Shown here piece by piece: positions 23,071 through 34,264 of a stretch of 64,000 bases of DNA (positions within the stretch are counted from its first letter, which is position 1; every line of letters starts with the position of its first letter). Below the pieces are notes generated by a model. The model was not told the origin of the DNA. It did not search any database and saw only the letters and a program-made list of their open reading frames with translations. The stretch spans positions 981,478 to 1,045,477 of the forward strand of contig MU008154.1 in the NCBI GenBank assembly GCA_010909165.1, in the 5' to 3' direction. A program made the position numbers and the translations under genes. This DNA is from Anthoceros angustus. Lineage: Eukaryota > Plantae > Anthocerotophyta.

Positions 23071-24804
23071 ATGGATCTTACAGAATTGGTAATCCTCATC
23101 TGCGCTGCTGTAGCGGGGGTGATAATTCTGGTGGGCATATTCGTGTTGGTGAGGTACAGAAGGGCACGGTCTGGCATCAGTCCGCATGATGTTGTAGGTC
23201 GCAGAGCCAGAAGCTGGAGATTACAATTGGAGGAGGACTTCGCCGCTGCAGTGAGTGAAAAGGCCCGTAAGCTGGAGGCGGATGAGGTGCAGCTGACTGT
23301 AGTGAGTGAGGCAGCTTCGTCGGTGTCGACAAGCTCATTTCCATCGAGCCGAGTGGAGGAGCGGCAGCAGAACGTTGTGGCTGAACAGGAAGGGGAGGAG
23401 GCCGGATCCCCGATAGTTTACACTCGAGAGAGCTCCCTTTCATACTGGCAACATCATGCCACACTGCAAAGCGGTGCACCGGATGAGGCGGAGCGGGAGA
23501 GAGAGCCGGAGGAGGCTTCCAAGTACATGGATGCCATGACTGCATCCCTAACGGACATAGGTTCCAAGTCACCCAGTCCGAACCGGAGCATCTCACCCAT
23601 CCTCCCAGCAAGGTCCCCGCCACAGCGGCCCTTCCCAATCCAAATCCCCGGGGACGGGGATCCTGACGGTGCGAGGAACATTGCCAGAGGCAGTGGCAGT
23701 GGCAGTGGCAGGAGCAAGTCTGTGTGGAGGGCGAAGTTGGTGGACATATTCAAAAGCCCCTCCCACGCCAAGTCCATCGATAGGGACCAGTCCTTCAGCA
23801 CCAGCAAGGGGGGCTCATCCTTCTCCTCCGCCCACGACCACGAGCACGACTCGGAGCAGGGGGAAACCAGGGTGTTCACCATCAAGGAGCTGAGCAAGGC
23901 CACCAACGGGTTCGACAAGAGGAACGAGATCGGAGTGGGCGGGTTCGGGAAGGTGTACAAGGGCTTCATCCAGAACAAGTACATCGCCATCAAGAAGATC
24001 TCAGCCAACTCGCACCAGGGCGTGAAGGAGTTCGTGTCGGAAGTGAGCATAACTGGACGGATGAGCGGGCTGCGGCATCCCAACCTGGTTCCACTACTGG
24101 GCTGGTGCCAGGAGAAGGGCGAGCTCCTCCTGGTGTACTCCTACTTCCCGGCCGGGAGCCTGGACCGGATCCTGCACTCCCGGATCCCGCCCTCCCCGCG
24201 CAACCCCAACCCGCTGGCCTTCGAGCAGCGGTACAAGATCATCTCGGGCGTGGCGTCTGCCCTGGCCTTCCTCCACTCCGGCTGGCTGCACTGCGTCATC
24301 CACCGCGACGTCAAGACCTCCAACATCCTCATCGACCAGGACGACAAGGCGGTGTTGGGCGATTTCGGGCTGGCCCGGCAGCACAACTTCGGGCAGCTCC
24401 CGCAGACCACCCGGCCGGCGGGCACCCCGGGATACCTGGCCCCCGAGGTGGCCACTTCCTCCGACAAGCACATGACGGACAAGCTCGACGTCTACAGCTT
24501 CGGTGCTGTGGTGTTGGAGATAGCCTGCGGCCGCCGACCTGTGGACTACCAGTTGGACAACCCTCTGCTCACCGATTGGGTGTGGGGCCTCCACGAGCAG
24601 AACCGCCTCGTGGAGGCCTCGGATCCTCGCCTCGCCGGCGAGTTCCCCCGCCACCTCATGCTCCTCGTGCTCCACCTCGGCCTCCTCTGCTCCCACCTCG
24701 ACCCCAAGCTCCGCCCCAAGATGGTCGACGTCGTCCGCTACCTCTCCGGCCACATGCGTCCGCCTCCCCTTCCCGCCAAGCGCCCTGTCCTCTGCTTCAC
24801 CTGA
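23071..24804 (+). CDS. Membrane-anchored receptor-like kinase with an L-type LecRK-family kinase domain but no ectodomain, 577 aa, intronless
   Basis: N-terminal TM LVILICAAVAGVIILVGIFVLV + RYRR and a long S/P/E-rich linker. Kinase motifs FTIKELSKATNGF, GVGGFGKVYKG, IAIKKI, LRHPNLVPLLGWC, HRDVKTSN, LGDFGLAR, GTPGYLAPE, LEIACGRRP, LGLLCSH. Confidence 0.9.
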   Translation: MDLTELVILICAAVAGVIILVGIFVLVRYRRARSGISPHDVVGRRARSWRLQLEEDFAAAVSEKARKLEADEVQLTVVSEAASSVSTSSFPSSRVEERQQNVVAEQEGEEAGSPIVYTRESSLSYWQHHATLQSGAPDEAEREREPEEASKYMDAMTASLTDIGSKSPSPNRSISPILPARSPPQRPFPIQIPGDGDPDGARNIARGSGSGSGRSKSVWRAKLVDIFKSPSHAKSIDRDQSFSTSKGGSSFSSAHDHEHDSEQGETRVFTIKELSKATNGFDKRNEIGVGGFGKVYKGFIQNKYIAIKKISANSHQGVKEFVSEVSITGRMSGLRHPNLVPLLGWCQEKGELLLVYSYFPAGSLDRILHSRIPPSPRNPNPLAFEQRYKIISGVASALAFLHSGWLHCVIHRDVKTSNILIDQDDKAVLGDFGLARQHNFGQLPQTTRPAGTPGYLAPEVATSSDKHMTDKLDVYSFGAVVLEIACGRRPVDYQLDNPLLTDWVWGLHEQNRLVEASDPRLAGEFPRHLMLLVLHLGLLCSHLDPKLRPKMVDVVRYLSGHMRPPPLPAKRPVLCFT

Positions 24805-24847
24805 CAGACTGCAAGTCTTCCTTCGCTTCCCTGCTTTCCTCACCTCC

Positions 24848-24959
24848 CCTTCCTTCCTTCCTTCCTTCCTTTCTGTTGCCTCCCTCCCTTCCTTCCTTCC
24901 TTCCTTGCTTCCTTCCTTCCTTCCTTCCTTCCTTCCTTCCTTCCTTCCTTCCCTTCCTT
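24848..24959. repeat. (CCTT)n microsatellite
   Basis: Imperfect CCTT run just 3' of the kinase stop. Confidence 0.9.
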
Positions 24960-25604
24960 GTTGCTTGCTCCACCTCCTTCTCAACCATTGGTTTCGGAAG
25001 TGCGAATCATGGTACCTTCCTTCGCTTCCTTGTTGCTTGCTCCACCTCCTTCTCAATCATTGTTGGAGGTGCGCATCATGCTAGCTCGAAGCTTGCTACG
25101 TCTGGTATGTAGGAATGTCGTGAGCGTGCCATGTTATGATGATCATGATTAGATGGCCCTGCTGGGGTTTGGGATGTAGGCATGTCGTGAGCGTGTCATG
25201 TTCTGATGATCATGATGAGATGGCCCTGCTGGAACACATCCCTAGGATATCTATTTACAAATTGATCAAAAGTGATCGGTTTGGCTCCTCGGCACACGAA
25301 ATCGTTGATTAACGGCGTGTAACCGAAAAAGATGTTTGTGCAAAGTTGTAGAAGTTTTTCCTCCATGATTCTGGGAGGACGCATACAGTAGGCTGGCTTG
25401 CGATTGTCGATTTCGAGGAGCGTGCTGGTTTCCTTGGTGCAAGATTCACCTGGCGTTATGCATGCAAAAGCCAGTGCTTGGAGCGTGGAACCTGGTCACT
25501 GTCCAAACCGACATCTCACCTACCCGTACCCGTGCGATCAAAACATATACCTGTGGATGCATGCTGTGTATTGCTATAGTGCACAGTGGTGCTGCAGTGA
25601 AAGA

Positions 25605-25748
25605 AGACAGGGAAGAGCCTGGGCTGGCAGTTGGGCGACGGACAAGGAAGAGCCTGGGCTGGCAGCAGGAAGGCGGACAGGGAAGAGCCTGGGCTGGCAG
25701 CAGGAAGGCGGACAAGGAGGAGCCTGGGCTGGGGCTGGGGCTGGGGCT
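25605..25748. repeat. 35-bp tandem repeat GAC(A)GGGAAGAGCCTGGGCTGGCAGCAGGAAGGCG, ~3.7 copies
   Basis: Directly visible. Confidence 0.85.
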
Positions 25749-26747
25749 TCAAAAGTGGTGGCATGGCAGTGGCAGCATGCAAGTGCAAATGCATGCGCAA
25801 TGCCGGTGGCTCCAGGCCTGTCCGAACAAGACGAGCATTTCGACTGTGCGCAACAGTGTCGGAAGCATAAACAAGGCAGGCAAGCAGAAAGGCTCGTGGC
25901 AAGTGGACCCCCGTTCTGACGGGACGGTGGATCCCTGGACCGCCTCCCTGCCTCCGCCTCTGCCACTGCCAGGTTCCTGCATCAGTCCAAACAATGTGAT
26001 CAGGTTCACCTTCCTCGACGGCGAGCAACCCGTTCGTGATTGTGAGTAGATATGATTTTTTTTTTTCTCGGTGGGAGACGGTTGCGAGGGTAGCATTATT
26101 GGGTGGAAGTACCTACTTCCGGGCTGTACCCAACACCCAACCGCGGGTAGATATGTGGGTTGCGACCAGATTTGTCTTTCACCTTGCAGATGAGAAATGC
26201 GTGCCGTGAAACGGAGCCTCTCTCTCCCCTCCAAGACCAGACTTTTTCCCTCTTCCTTCCGCCTTCCCCGGCCTTCCCCGGCATCGTCGGCCGCTTATGT
26301 TGGGTCCAAGGAGACGGCGCGGCTGCCGGCCCCCTTTTGTGTGCGCGGGGTCGGATATCGGATAGGGATTTGGGAAGAGGCTGCTGGGAGGGCGTCGAAT
26401 GGGGTAGTTGAGAATTGGCAGGAAGTTGTTGGATTCGGGATTCTCGCAGGGCAGGAACGGAATTGCCCACCGCCGAATACAATTTTGTTGAATTCGGTGG
26501 CTTTGGATTTGGATTTGCGGATGTGCGGTTTGGAACGTTGCTGCTGCACCTGGAGCACGTTGCTGTTACACTTGAAGCTGCCTGGCTATGTGAACATGTT
26601 GCTGCGAATGGTCTGAAGGAATCCTTGAATTGGAGGGCGCATAGTCGATTTGCAAAGGCTGACGGTGAAGGAGCTGCAGAAATCCTGCTCTTTAAGCGCT
26701 TCGATTCCGGAATTCGATGTGGATTAGAGCATAGAGAGTTGTACCAC

Positions 26748-28640
26748 ATGGCAGCAGCGGAAGGCACAGGGCTGTTGGAGGGCAGCACATTCTGTTCTCA
26801 CCATACTCCGACCACCTCCTCCTCCAGTTCCAATGAAACTTCCAACAACACCGGCCTGCAGTTCAGCAGTAACACACAGCAGTGCAATATATGTGGGACT
26901 CCCGTCTCTGTGAGTGCTCGTCTCTTCTTTGTTTCTGACAAAAAAACCCATAGTTTGTATCCACAGTAGTTGGAATGGATACGGGGAGCTTGAGATTTCT
27001 GGGAGGTGTAGGGTCCGGAATTCAATGTACTGTAGACTGCGAGTTCCCTGTACAGTAGTAGAATTGAGTTTCTAGTGTTGGAGTGCACTGGGATTCAGTC
27101 TCAAGTCTGAGCTTACACGCCCCTTTTTCCTTGTGAAGGGGAGGAAGGCCGGTTGGAGTAGTTCCTCGTCTCTCACGAATGATGTGATCCCGGTAGAGTC
27201 CATCACACTTCAAGAGTGACGTTGCTAGATTGGCAGAGGTGTGCACAAATGTTTTTTGCTCTCAAGACCTGCTCTGAAATGTTTGCCTGATCTGGTTGCT
27301 CAGAAGCGTGGAAACAGGAGAAAGAGCACTGGCAACGATTACGGTACGTTCTTCACCTTGTTCTTGCAGCTCAGAAGGTTGTGAAAATCTCCACAACCTT
27401 CCGTAAATCGTACCATGGTCCTTTTTGTCTTTTTGTGTGTGAAGATGCTAGTCAAGGCAGCTGGCTCCAAAGACTGGCCCAGGCATGGAACTGCGGGTGC
27501 TGCACGAACGATGTAGCTTATTCTTCACCTCAGGTTGCATCCAGGTTGAATGAAGCTCGAATGTTCAGCTTTAAGGAGCTCAGTCGAGCAACTAATGCTT
27601 TTGCTCAGAAGAATCAACTAGGTGAAGGTGGGTTTGGGCATGTCTACAAGGGCGTCCTGCCCGATGGTGTGCACATTGCTGCCAAGAAGATGGCTGCAAA
27701 CTCGTCACAGGGACTGAGGGAGTTCGTGTCTGAACTCAGAACAGTGGGCAGGATTGGCAGACTACAGCATAAGCATCTGGTGCCCCTCTTGGGCTGGTGC
27801 CAGCACAACGGACAGATGATTCTAGTCTACGAATATATGCCAGGAGGGAGCCTGGACAAAGTTCTACATATAAGAAAGCAAGCAGTCGAGGATACCGGAG
27901 CAGCAAATCCTCTTACATGGGCACAACGTCTCAGCATCCTGAAAGGAGTGGCCTCTGCTCTCGCTTTTCTTCACCAAGGCTGGCTCCACGGCGTGGTGCA
28001 CCGAGATGTGAAGAGTAGCAACATCCTATTGGACAAGGACATGACAGCGAAGCTAGGAGACTTCGGGCTTGCTCAACAGTTCAATCACGGAAAGGTGGCA
28101 CTGGCCGCACCCCATGCAGGCACTAAGGGCTACCTTCCGCCCGAAGCATTGAGCTCCGCAGGCATTATCTGCGACAAACTGGACGTCTACAGCTTTGGGG
28201 CACTTGCGTTGGAGGTGGCCTGTGGCAGACCTCCTGTGGATGTCAGCCTGCCCGCAGATCAAGTAGTTCTTTTGGAGTGGGTGTGGAAATTGAAGGAGGC
28301 ACACCAGCTGAAGGATGCCATTGACAGAAGACTCGGAGGAGACTTTGATGAAGGGGAAATGACACGGGTTATAACTGTAGGCCTCCTCTGCATGCATCTG
28401 GCTCCGCAACAGCGACCATCCATGGTTCAGGTGGAAGCCATGCTGGCCGGCAAAATGGTTCTTCCAACCTTGCCGAAATCCAGACCTCGAATGTCTTTCA
28501 TCTCTGGCTTCTCAAACCTGGAGACCGGCGTAGTGGCTGGTTTCGCATTCCCACTACCTCCTCCCCCGATCTGCAGAATAGAACCAGGTATGGATCAATC
28601 CAAAGGTGTTGGTCTACCTCCATTAGCAGAGCATTCTTGA
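26748..28640 (+). CDS. Cytoplasmic kinase with an L-type LecRK-family kinase domain, ~465 aa; exons 26748-26909, 27304-27343, 27445-28640
   Basis: FSFKELSRATNAF, GEGGFGHVYKG, LQHKHLVPLLGWC, HRDVKSSN, LGDFGLAQ, LEVACGRPP. The two upstream exons join with GT-AG in consistent phases (0, then 1). No TM or lectin domain. The upstream exons are less certain than the kinase exon. Confidence 0.85.
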
Positions 28641-30721
28641 TCGAACTGAAAACCTGCTGTGCATATTGATACGGGAGTTACTGGAGCCATGATTTCTGAA
28701 GGAGTGTTGTACAGATGATTGTGAAAAATCAGTGGCCACAGTGCTGTCAAGAGTAGCCAAGTTTTAACAATATGGTCACTGCTATGTAGTACTTCAGGAC
28801 TCTTCAGTCGCATGTGAGGGTCTGGACTCTGGATCAGGCCTGCTCTGTAACTCACTGCACCACCTTCGTGCGCACAGCCTGTCCATGTTCTGCCCACCTG
28901 TACTGTTCTGGCACCCGTCAGTTGTCCCTGATAGAGAGTTGAGACCTTTCTCAGATTCCACCAAACGGGCCAGAGTTTTGGAGGCATTCAACTGACGGTA
29001 CACGACTGCCGAGCTCGGTCAGGGAAAGGGAAAGAAGGCCAGTGAAAGTCTTCATTTCAAATCATGTATGTATGTACTCCACTACTCGTGGAAAACATTA
29101 AGCACAAGCAATAGTACTGTACGTAGCCAAGATCACTAATCCATTCTGCCTACATACCCCTGCCTGCTCACCAAACCCCCTGGAACAGTCCTCTGCATAT
29201 CTTTGCCCTGCCAATCTCAAGGGGTACCTGGCCTTGGATTGCGTGAAGACAAGTCATTTACGCAGAGCTGTACCACATCACTGCAGCCCCTACCCTGCCA
29301 GCTCTTAGGCCTGATCGGCACTGGACGGTGAGGCAGTGGAAGGTGCACCTACGGTGGCATCCGACTGGCGATGTAGCTGAGAAGCAAACCTGGGATAAGC
29401 TACTCTTCTCCCCTCTACTTGCAGGGTGATATTAGATATTGCTGAATGCGAGGCTGCTTCAGTCACGTAGTACGTGGAGGCAGCCAGTTGCGCAATCCCG
29501 GGAAGAGCACCTCCTGCAAGCAAAGCATTTCACTGTTGTGTCAGAACTGAAGACAAAGAAACACTCTCTGCCCCCAGTCCGTCACATGAGGCAGTGCCTG
29601 CAACCACGTCCAGGCAGAATAGAAGCCAGTCCACGTCGCAAACTTCCAGCACTCTTGGTCGGAGAAATGCTTACCAGCCAGACCCGCACATCCCACGGAA
29701 AACAGTAGCACGGGAGGAAGCTGCACAGAGCAAGGACACAGGTCTCACTGCCTTGGCCAGACCAGCTCCAAGCCAGAGAGTAAGTGCTCTCTCCACCCAC
29801 AAACCCGGCTGGAATAAGTTCTCAAGTTCTTACCCCTGCAAGAAATTGAGTCCTCATCGGCCCCTTCACCCACTTCGAGACGTGAGGCAAGACTGTAAAC
29901 AACCACAGGTCAGCGAACGTCTCAAATCAAAAAGCTGCTTCAACTATTACACCGAAAAGAAAAGAAAAGGAAAGAAAAGCTCAGACGTACACATATTGAA
30001 GCCATAAAACGCGCCAAGACCTCCGCCTGCCGCAGCACCAACCTGCAAATCACACTCAAGCACGGTGAGTACTAAAACTTGAAAACAAGCCAGTCACACA
30101 TCAGTAAATCAAAGAGCTACGGGAAGCTCACCATCGCAAAACATTCTCGCATAATCGGAGGAATCGTCCAAGCACTAGCCTCCTGCGTAAGACCCGAGAA
30201 CACCCATTTTAGAACTTCGGTTGGCATGGATGCTTCTTGAAATGTGGAGCAATTCTTGCAAGAGTGGAAATTACCAGATCCTTGGAAAGAGGTGCAGAAC
30301 ATCGCGGGCAGCGCAAGCCCAAGGGCTTGCCTCCATCATTCCCGTCTTCACCAGAAGCCATGTCCCAATCAGCAGCAGCAGCCGCCGCCAGCTCCCAAGC
30401 CCTAGCAAGAAGAGAAATTGCTGGAATGCGGTTTCAAACTCCTCTCCGCGCAGCCAGAGGTTTCACGAAATTTTGGTCTGAATTTAACTACCAGTTCGTC
30501 GCTAAATGGCGAGCATTGCCTTGCCGCTGCAACGTGGAAACGTTTCACCCTTCGACGTGGGCTGACCCCCCTGTTCCCCTGTCCTCCAAGCGCCGGTTTA
30601 AAGCTTCCCTGGGGAAATACGTTTTCACTTTTGAGGACTCCGACTTTTATCCTTCCACAGTGGCTCAATCCTTCGTACTGCGAGAATTCTGAATCCTAAA
30701 TCCTGAATCGTGGAGGCAGGG

Positions 30722-31949
30722 ATGGGAGCGGAAGTGGCAAGGCCTCCACACCTCCAACCGGCCATTGTCTGCGGGGCCTTGTTCCTCTTCTCTGCTCTGT
30801 CCTTCGCGACGGGATCGTGGTCGAATCGAAGGGATGGAGCATTTGTTGGATACAAGGAGTCGATCCGAAGCAGTGCAGGTCTGTCACAGTGATGGCGGGA
30901 TTTGTGTTTTGCTTACTCCGCTCTTTCCCGCTCGTGGCTGACAGAGCATGGCTGCAGGTGAGCAACTGGAGGAAGAGGAGTACCTTGTTCTCACGTCGGG
31001 GTACGGGGTGAGTGCGCTTGGATAAGATAAACTGCGGCTATGGAGGTTGTGAGCTGGAAGGGATTACATCATGTGTCGCCTTGCAGGTCATCAAAGTGCT
31101 CCTCGAATCTGAAGCCGCTCCTATTGCAGTGAACTACATCAAGGTGTGAACATGAGCTTCTGCTTATGAACAACGTCCACATGCATGTCAGCATGTCGCT
31201 GCATAGAGAGGAGAGTCACACTGTCATTCATGACCTTTGCCTCGTTTGGTCTGATGCAGGCTTTGGTTTTTTGAATGCATTGACAGAAGCTAGTGCGGCA
31301 AGGATTGTTTGAAGGTTGTGGCATATACCGGGTGGAGCCCCCTGGTGATACTGTGGATGACGGCCAAGAAGAAACCAGGAAAGGGTGAGAAATGTCTTGA
31401 ATGTACATCTCCTTCATCTCGTCCTCCTCCTTCTTGCTATTATTTTCATGGCTGCCTGGCATTGTAGGTATGCTCTGGTACAAGCTGGTCTGTACACATG
31501 TGGGCAACAGCAGGATGTCCGTCTTCCAGTGGAGTCGTCTTTAAGGAATGAAAGGGGTGCAGTTTCTTTGATCACGGTGCGTGGCGCTGAGAATGTCCAG
31601 GCAACTAAACTTGGCGTGCGTTCGGGAGTAGTTTTTTAAGCTTGTACTTCATGTTGCAGGGCACAAGCGAGTTCTTCTTCAACCTCGAGGCTCATCCAGA
31701 GTGGGATGGCAGCTTCTCCGTCTTCGGAACTGTAAGGGGCTTCCCCTGACAGACTCTTACACTCGTTTTGCTGTCCAATGGGTCCCCTGATTCACTACTT
31801 TGTGCCCTTTGCAGGTGCAGGACGTAAATAGTTTTGATGTGCTTGAGAAACTCGTAACTCTTCCTGTTGTTCAGGAACGGCACCCCTCTGGTACTGTGCT
31901 TCGTATTTTGAAGGATGCCGTAATTTTCGAAGCTTCTCTGACTCCGTAA
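30722..31949 (+). CDS. Signal-anchored cyclophilin-fold (PPIase-like) protein; exons 30722-30878, 30958-31007, 31087-31143, 31287-31384, 31468-31576, 31660-31731, 31815-31949
   Basis: All GT-AG junctions are phase-consistent. Translation: hydrophobic N-terminus, then YLVLTSGYG|VIKVLLESEAAPIAVNYIK|..FEGCGIYRVEP..|YALVQAG..RNERGAVSLIT|GTSEFFFNLEAHPEWDGSFSVFGT|VQDVNSFDVLEKLVTLP, matching cyclophilin-fold motifs. Confidence 0.85.
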
Positions 31950-34264
31950 TTTACCAAGCTTCTCTGACTCCATGAGCTCTGCAAAGGTACCCTTGATATA
32001 TCTGTTTCTCTGCTTGTTCTCTATCCTCCAAATACCCGGCGATTTTGAAGTCCACACTTATTATTTCTTTCGATGTACAAGTTCTCGTGTGCCTGACAAT
32101 TTTGGAAGTTCTGTGAGTAATTATGAGGTCCGCACTCATAACTTCTTTCCACGAACAAGTTTTCGTTTGCCTGACAATTTTGGAAGTTCTGAAAGAAGTC
32201 CCAGCCCATTTTGAGGATTTAGTGAAGGGTGTAGTAGTTCTCTGAGCTTTCTGTAGCTCTTGCTGCTGCAATTTTGTCATTGGTCTTACGTACAAACTTC
32301 GCAGGTCTTCAGCACAGAGTTTTAGCACTCTAATCCGGCAGGTTTTTAGCACAGCGTTTGAGCACTTGCTGAAGCTGCCGCACGTTTGTTTGGGCACGTA
32401 ATGCAGACCTTTCTTGCCTCTCTAGGCACAAATTCTTTCTTCTCTAAGCATAAGCCCAAGTGATATTATGATATTGTTGTATCGTATTTAGGTCTTGAGA
32501 ACTGTGAGCGGTTGGTCGATCTCAAGACACTTTTGTGTGGGAGAGTGTCTACTCCACAAGCCACTTACTCCGAAATATTTGTCCATAAGAGACTCTGTTC
32601 CGCTCCCAGTATACTAAAAAGCAGCTAGCCATAGCTGTTAAACCACCTAGATGAGGAATCTACCATATCCATGTATGTAGCCACGTTGCGTGTGTCCACT
32701 TCGAAGGAAAGGGAATTCGTTTCGACTTCACACAGCACCCGTTCGCATAGCCCTTGTGTTGGCAACCTTCAGCTTGCAGAGCAGAGCACCGGTACCTCCA
32801 CCTGTCTCAGGATGCTGGAGCACGCTAAACGAGCAGGCGGAGGTTCGACCAACACATGTACCACAAGTCTGCGCTGAGACAGACCTGCCTCGATCCAACG
32901 GGCACAAGTGTCGTCACCTTAGTCCTAACGCCGGAGTATCAGCCCCAGGTGTCTCCGAACTCTTCAACTAACAACCCGAGCCTGCGCTCACACTGATACC
33001 AATGCCTAAAAGCACTCGTAAGGCAAATCTAGCTAGAACGTCCCAAATATCCTCCTTCCGCCCCGCCCTAGGTCCCCGCCGATGGCCATTGCCAGACCAG
33101 TCGAATTCCTCCAATCAAGAAACAATAAATTCCATGCAATCGCGTTGCAGGCTCGCATGAATTGGCGCTGATTGGAAAGCCGGGGCAAAGATGCAAGCAT
33201 ACTGGTCAGCACGCAAAATTATGCACGCAAAATGTAAAACAAAAAACGGCGAGCAAAGGATGCGATTCACCGTTGTGTCGTAAGCGTCGTGCGATCGTCA
33301 CAATAATAGCTGCCGGCAACACTAGCGGCCAGCGCAACAGAAAGGCAATGGGAAACAAAGCGCGGCCACTTGGCCGCACCAAGCAGGAGGGTAGAATATC
33401 GTACGCCTCCCGCGTGCAGAGCAGTGCCGCTATCCGGGCGGGAAGGCCAGGTTTCGCCATTCGCCAGGACGAAAAGTTTCGCCGCCCGTCCTGCGCAGTT
33501 CTGGCGCGGCACGTTGGCAAACCAGCCGCAGTGACGTGGTGAAAACTCGGGGACGTGGCGACTGCAGAATTGCCGGGAGTGTACACCACAGTCTCCTGTT
33601 TCGGCTTCCTTCACCTGCCTCCCGCTGGAATCTATTTCATCCTGTCAGCTGCATTTTCTGTCGCGCAATCCCCTCCGCCCCGGCGACAAATTTCGCTGCA
33701 CCGTCACGCTCCGCTTCGCTCCAAATCCATGCGCCCCAGGTTGCAGCTCAGCGGATTGAATTCAGTCCAAGAAAGCTCAGATCTGGTGTTGTTTTGTTGA
33801 ATCCTAAACATGAATGTGTAGCTGAAGGTTTTGGTGTGAATTTGTTTGCGTCTGCAACTGCATTGAACAAAGAACCTTGCCATGGCTCCGTTCTTGCTTA
33901 GCAGCATGTCGGTATTCCACCACAGCGTCGCAGCTGAGGCGCAGCTGAGGCGCGTGGGACGGGGAATGGGGGACTGAGGGATAGGGGAGGGTTTGATGGA
34001 GTTGCTATGGAGCTGGTGCCGTGCTGCTGCAGTCTGTGACACAATCATGTGTCGTTTTTGCGGTACCGAGGCTTGCGCACGCGCACCAAGCTGATTGTGA
34101 TGATCGATGTAACTTGTAATATGTTGACGGATGCGCATGCGTGGTGCAGTGCAACGGCAGTGCCGGCAAGGCGTGCAGCTTGAGTGTTGGATCTGTGCAG
34201 GTCCGGATCCGGAAGCGGAGGGGGAGAAGGAGAAGAAGGTGAAGCTGGACGGTGCAGCGGGTTG

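Noticed and set aside
24094-25112. Long alternative-frame and antisense ORFs over kinase #1 (likewise over PLATZ, SNX1, pTAC2 and the E-rich ORF)
   Set aside because: Shadow ORFs caused by high GC3 or repeats in the true coding frame.
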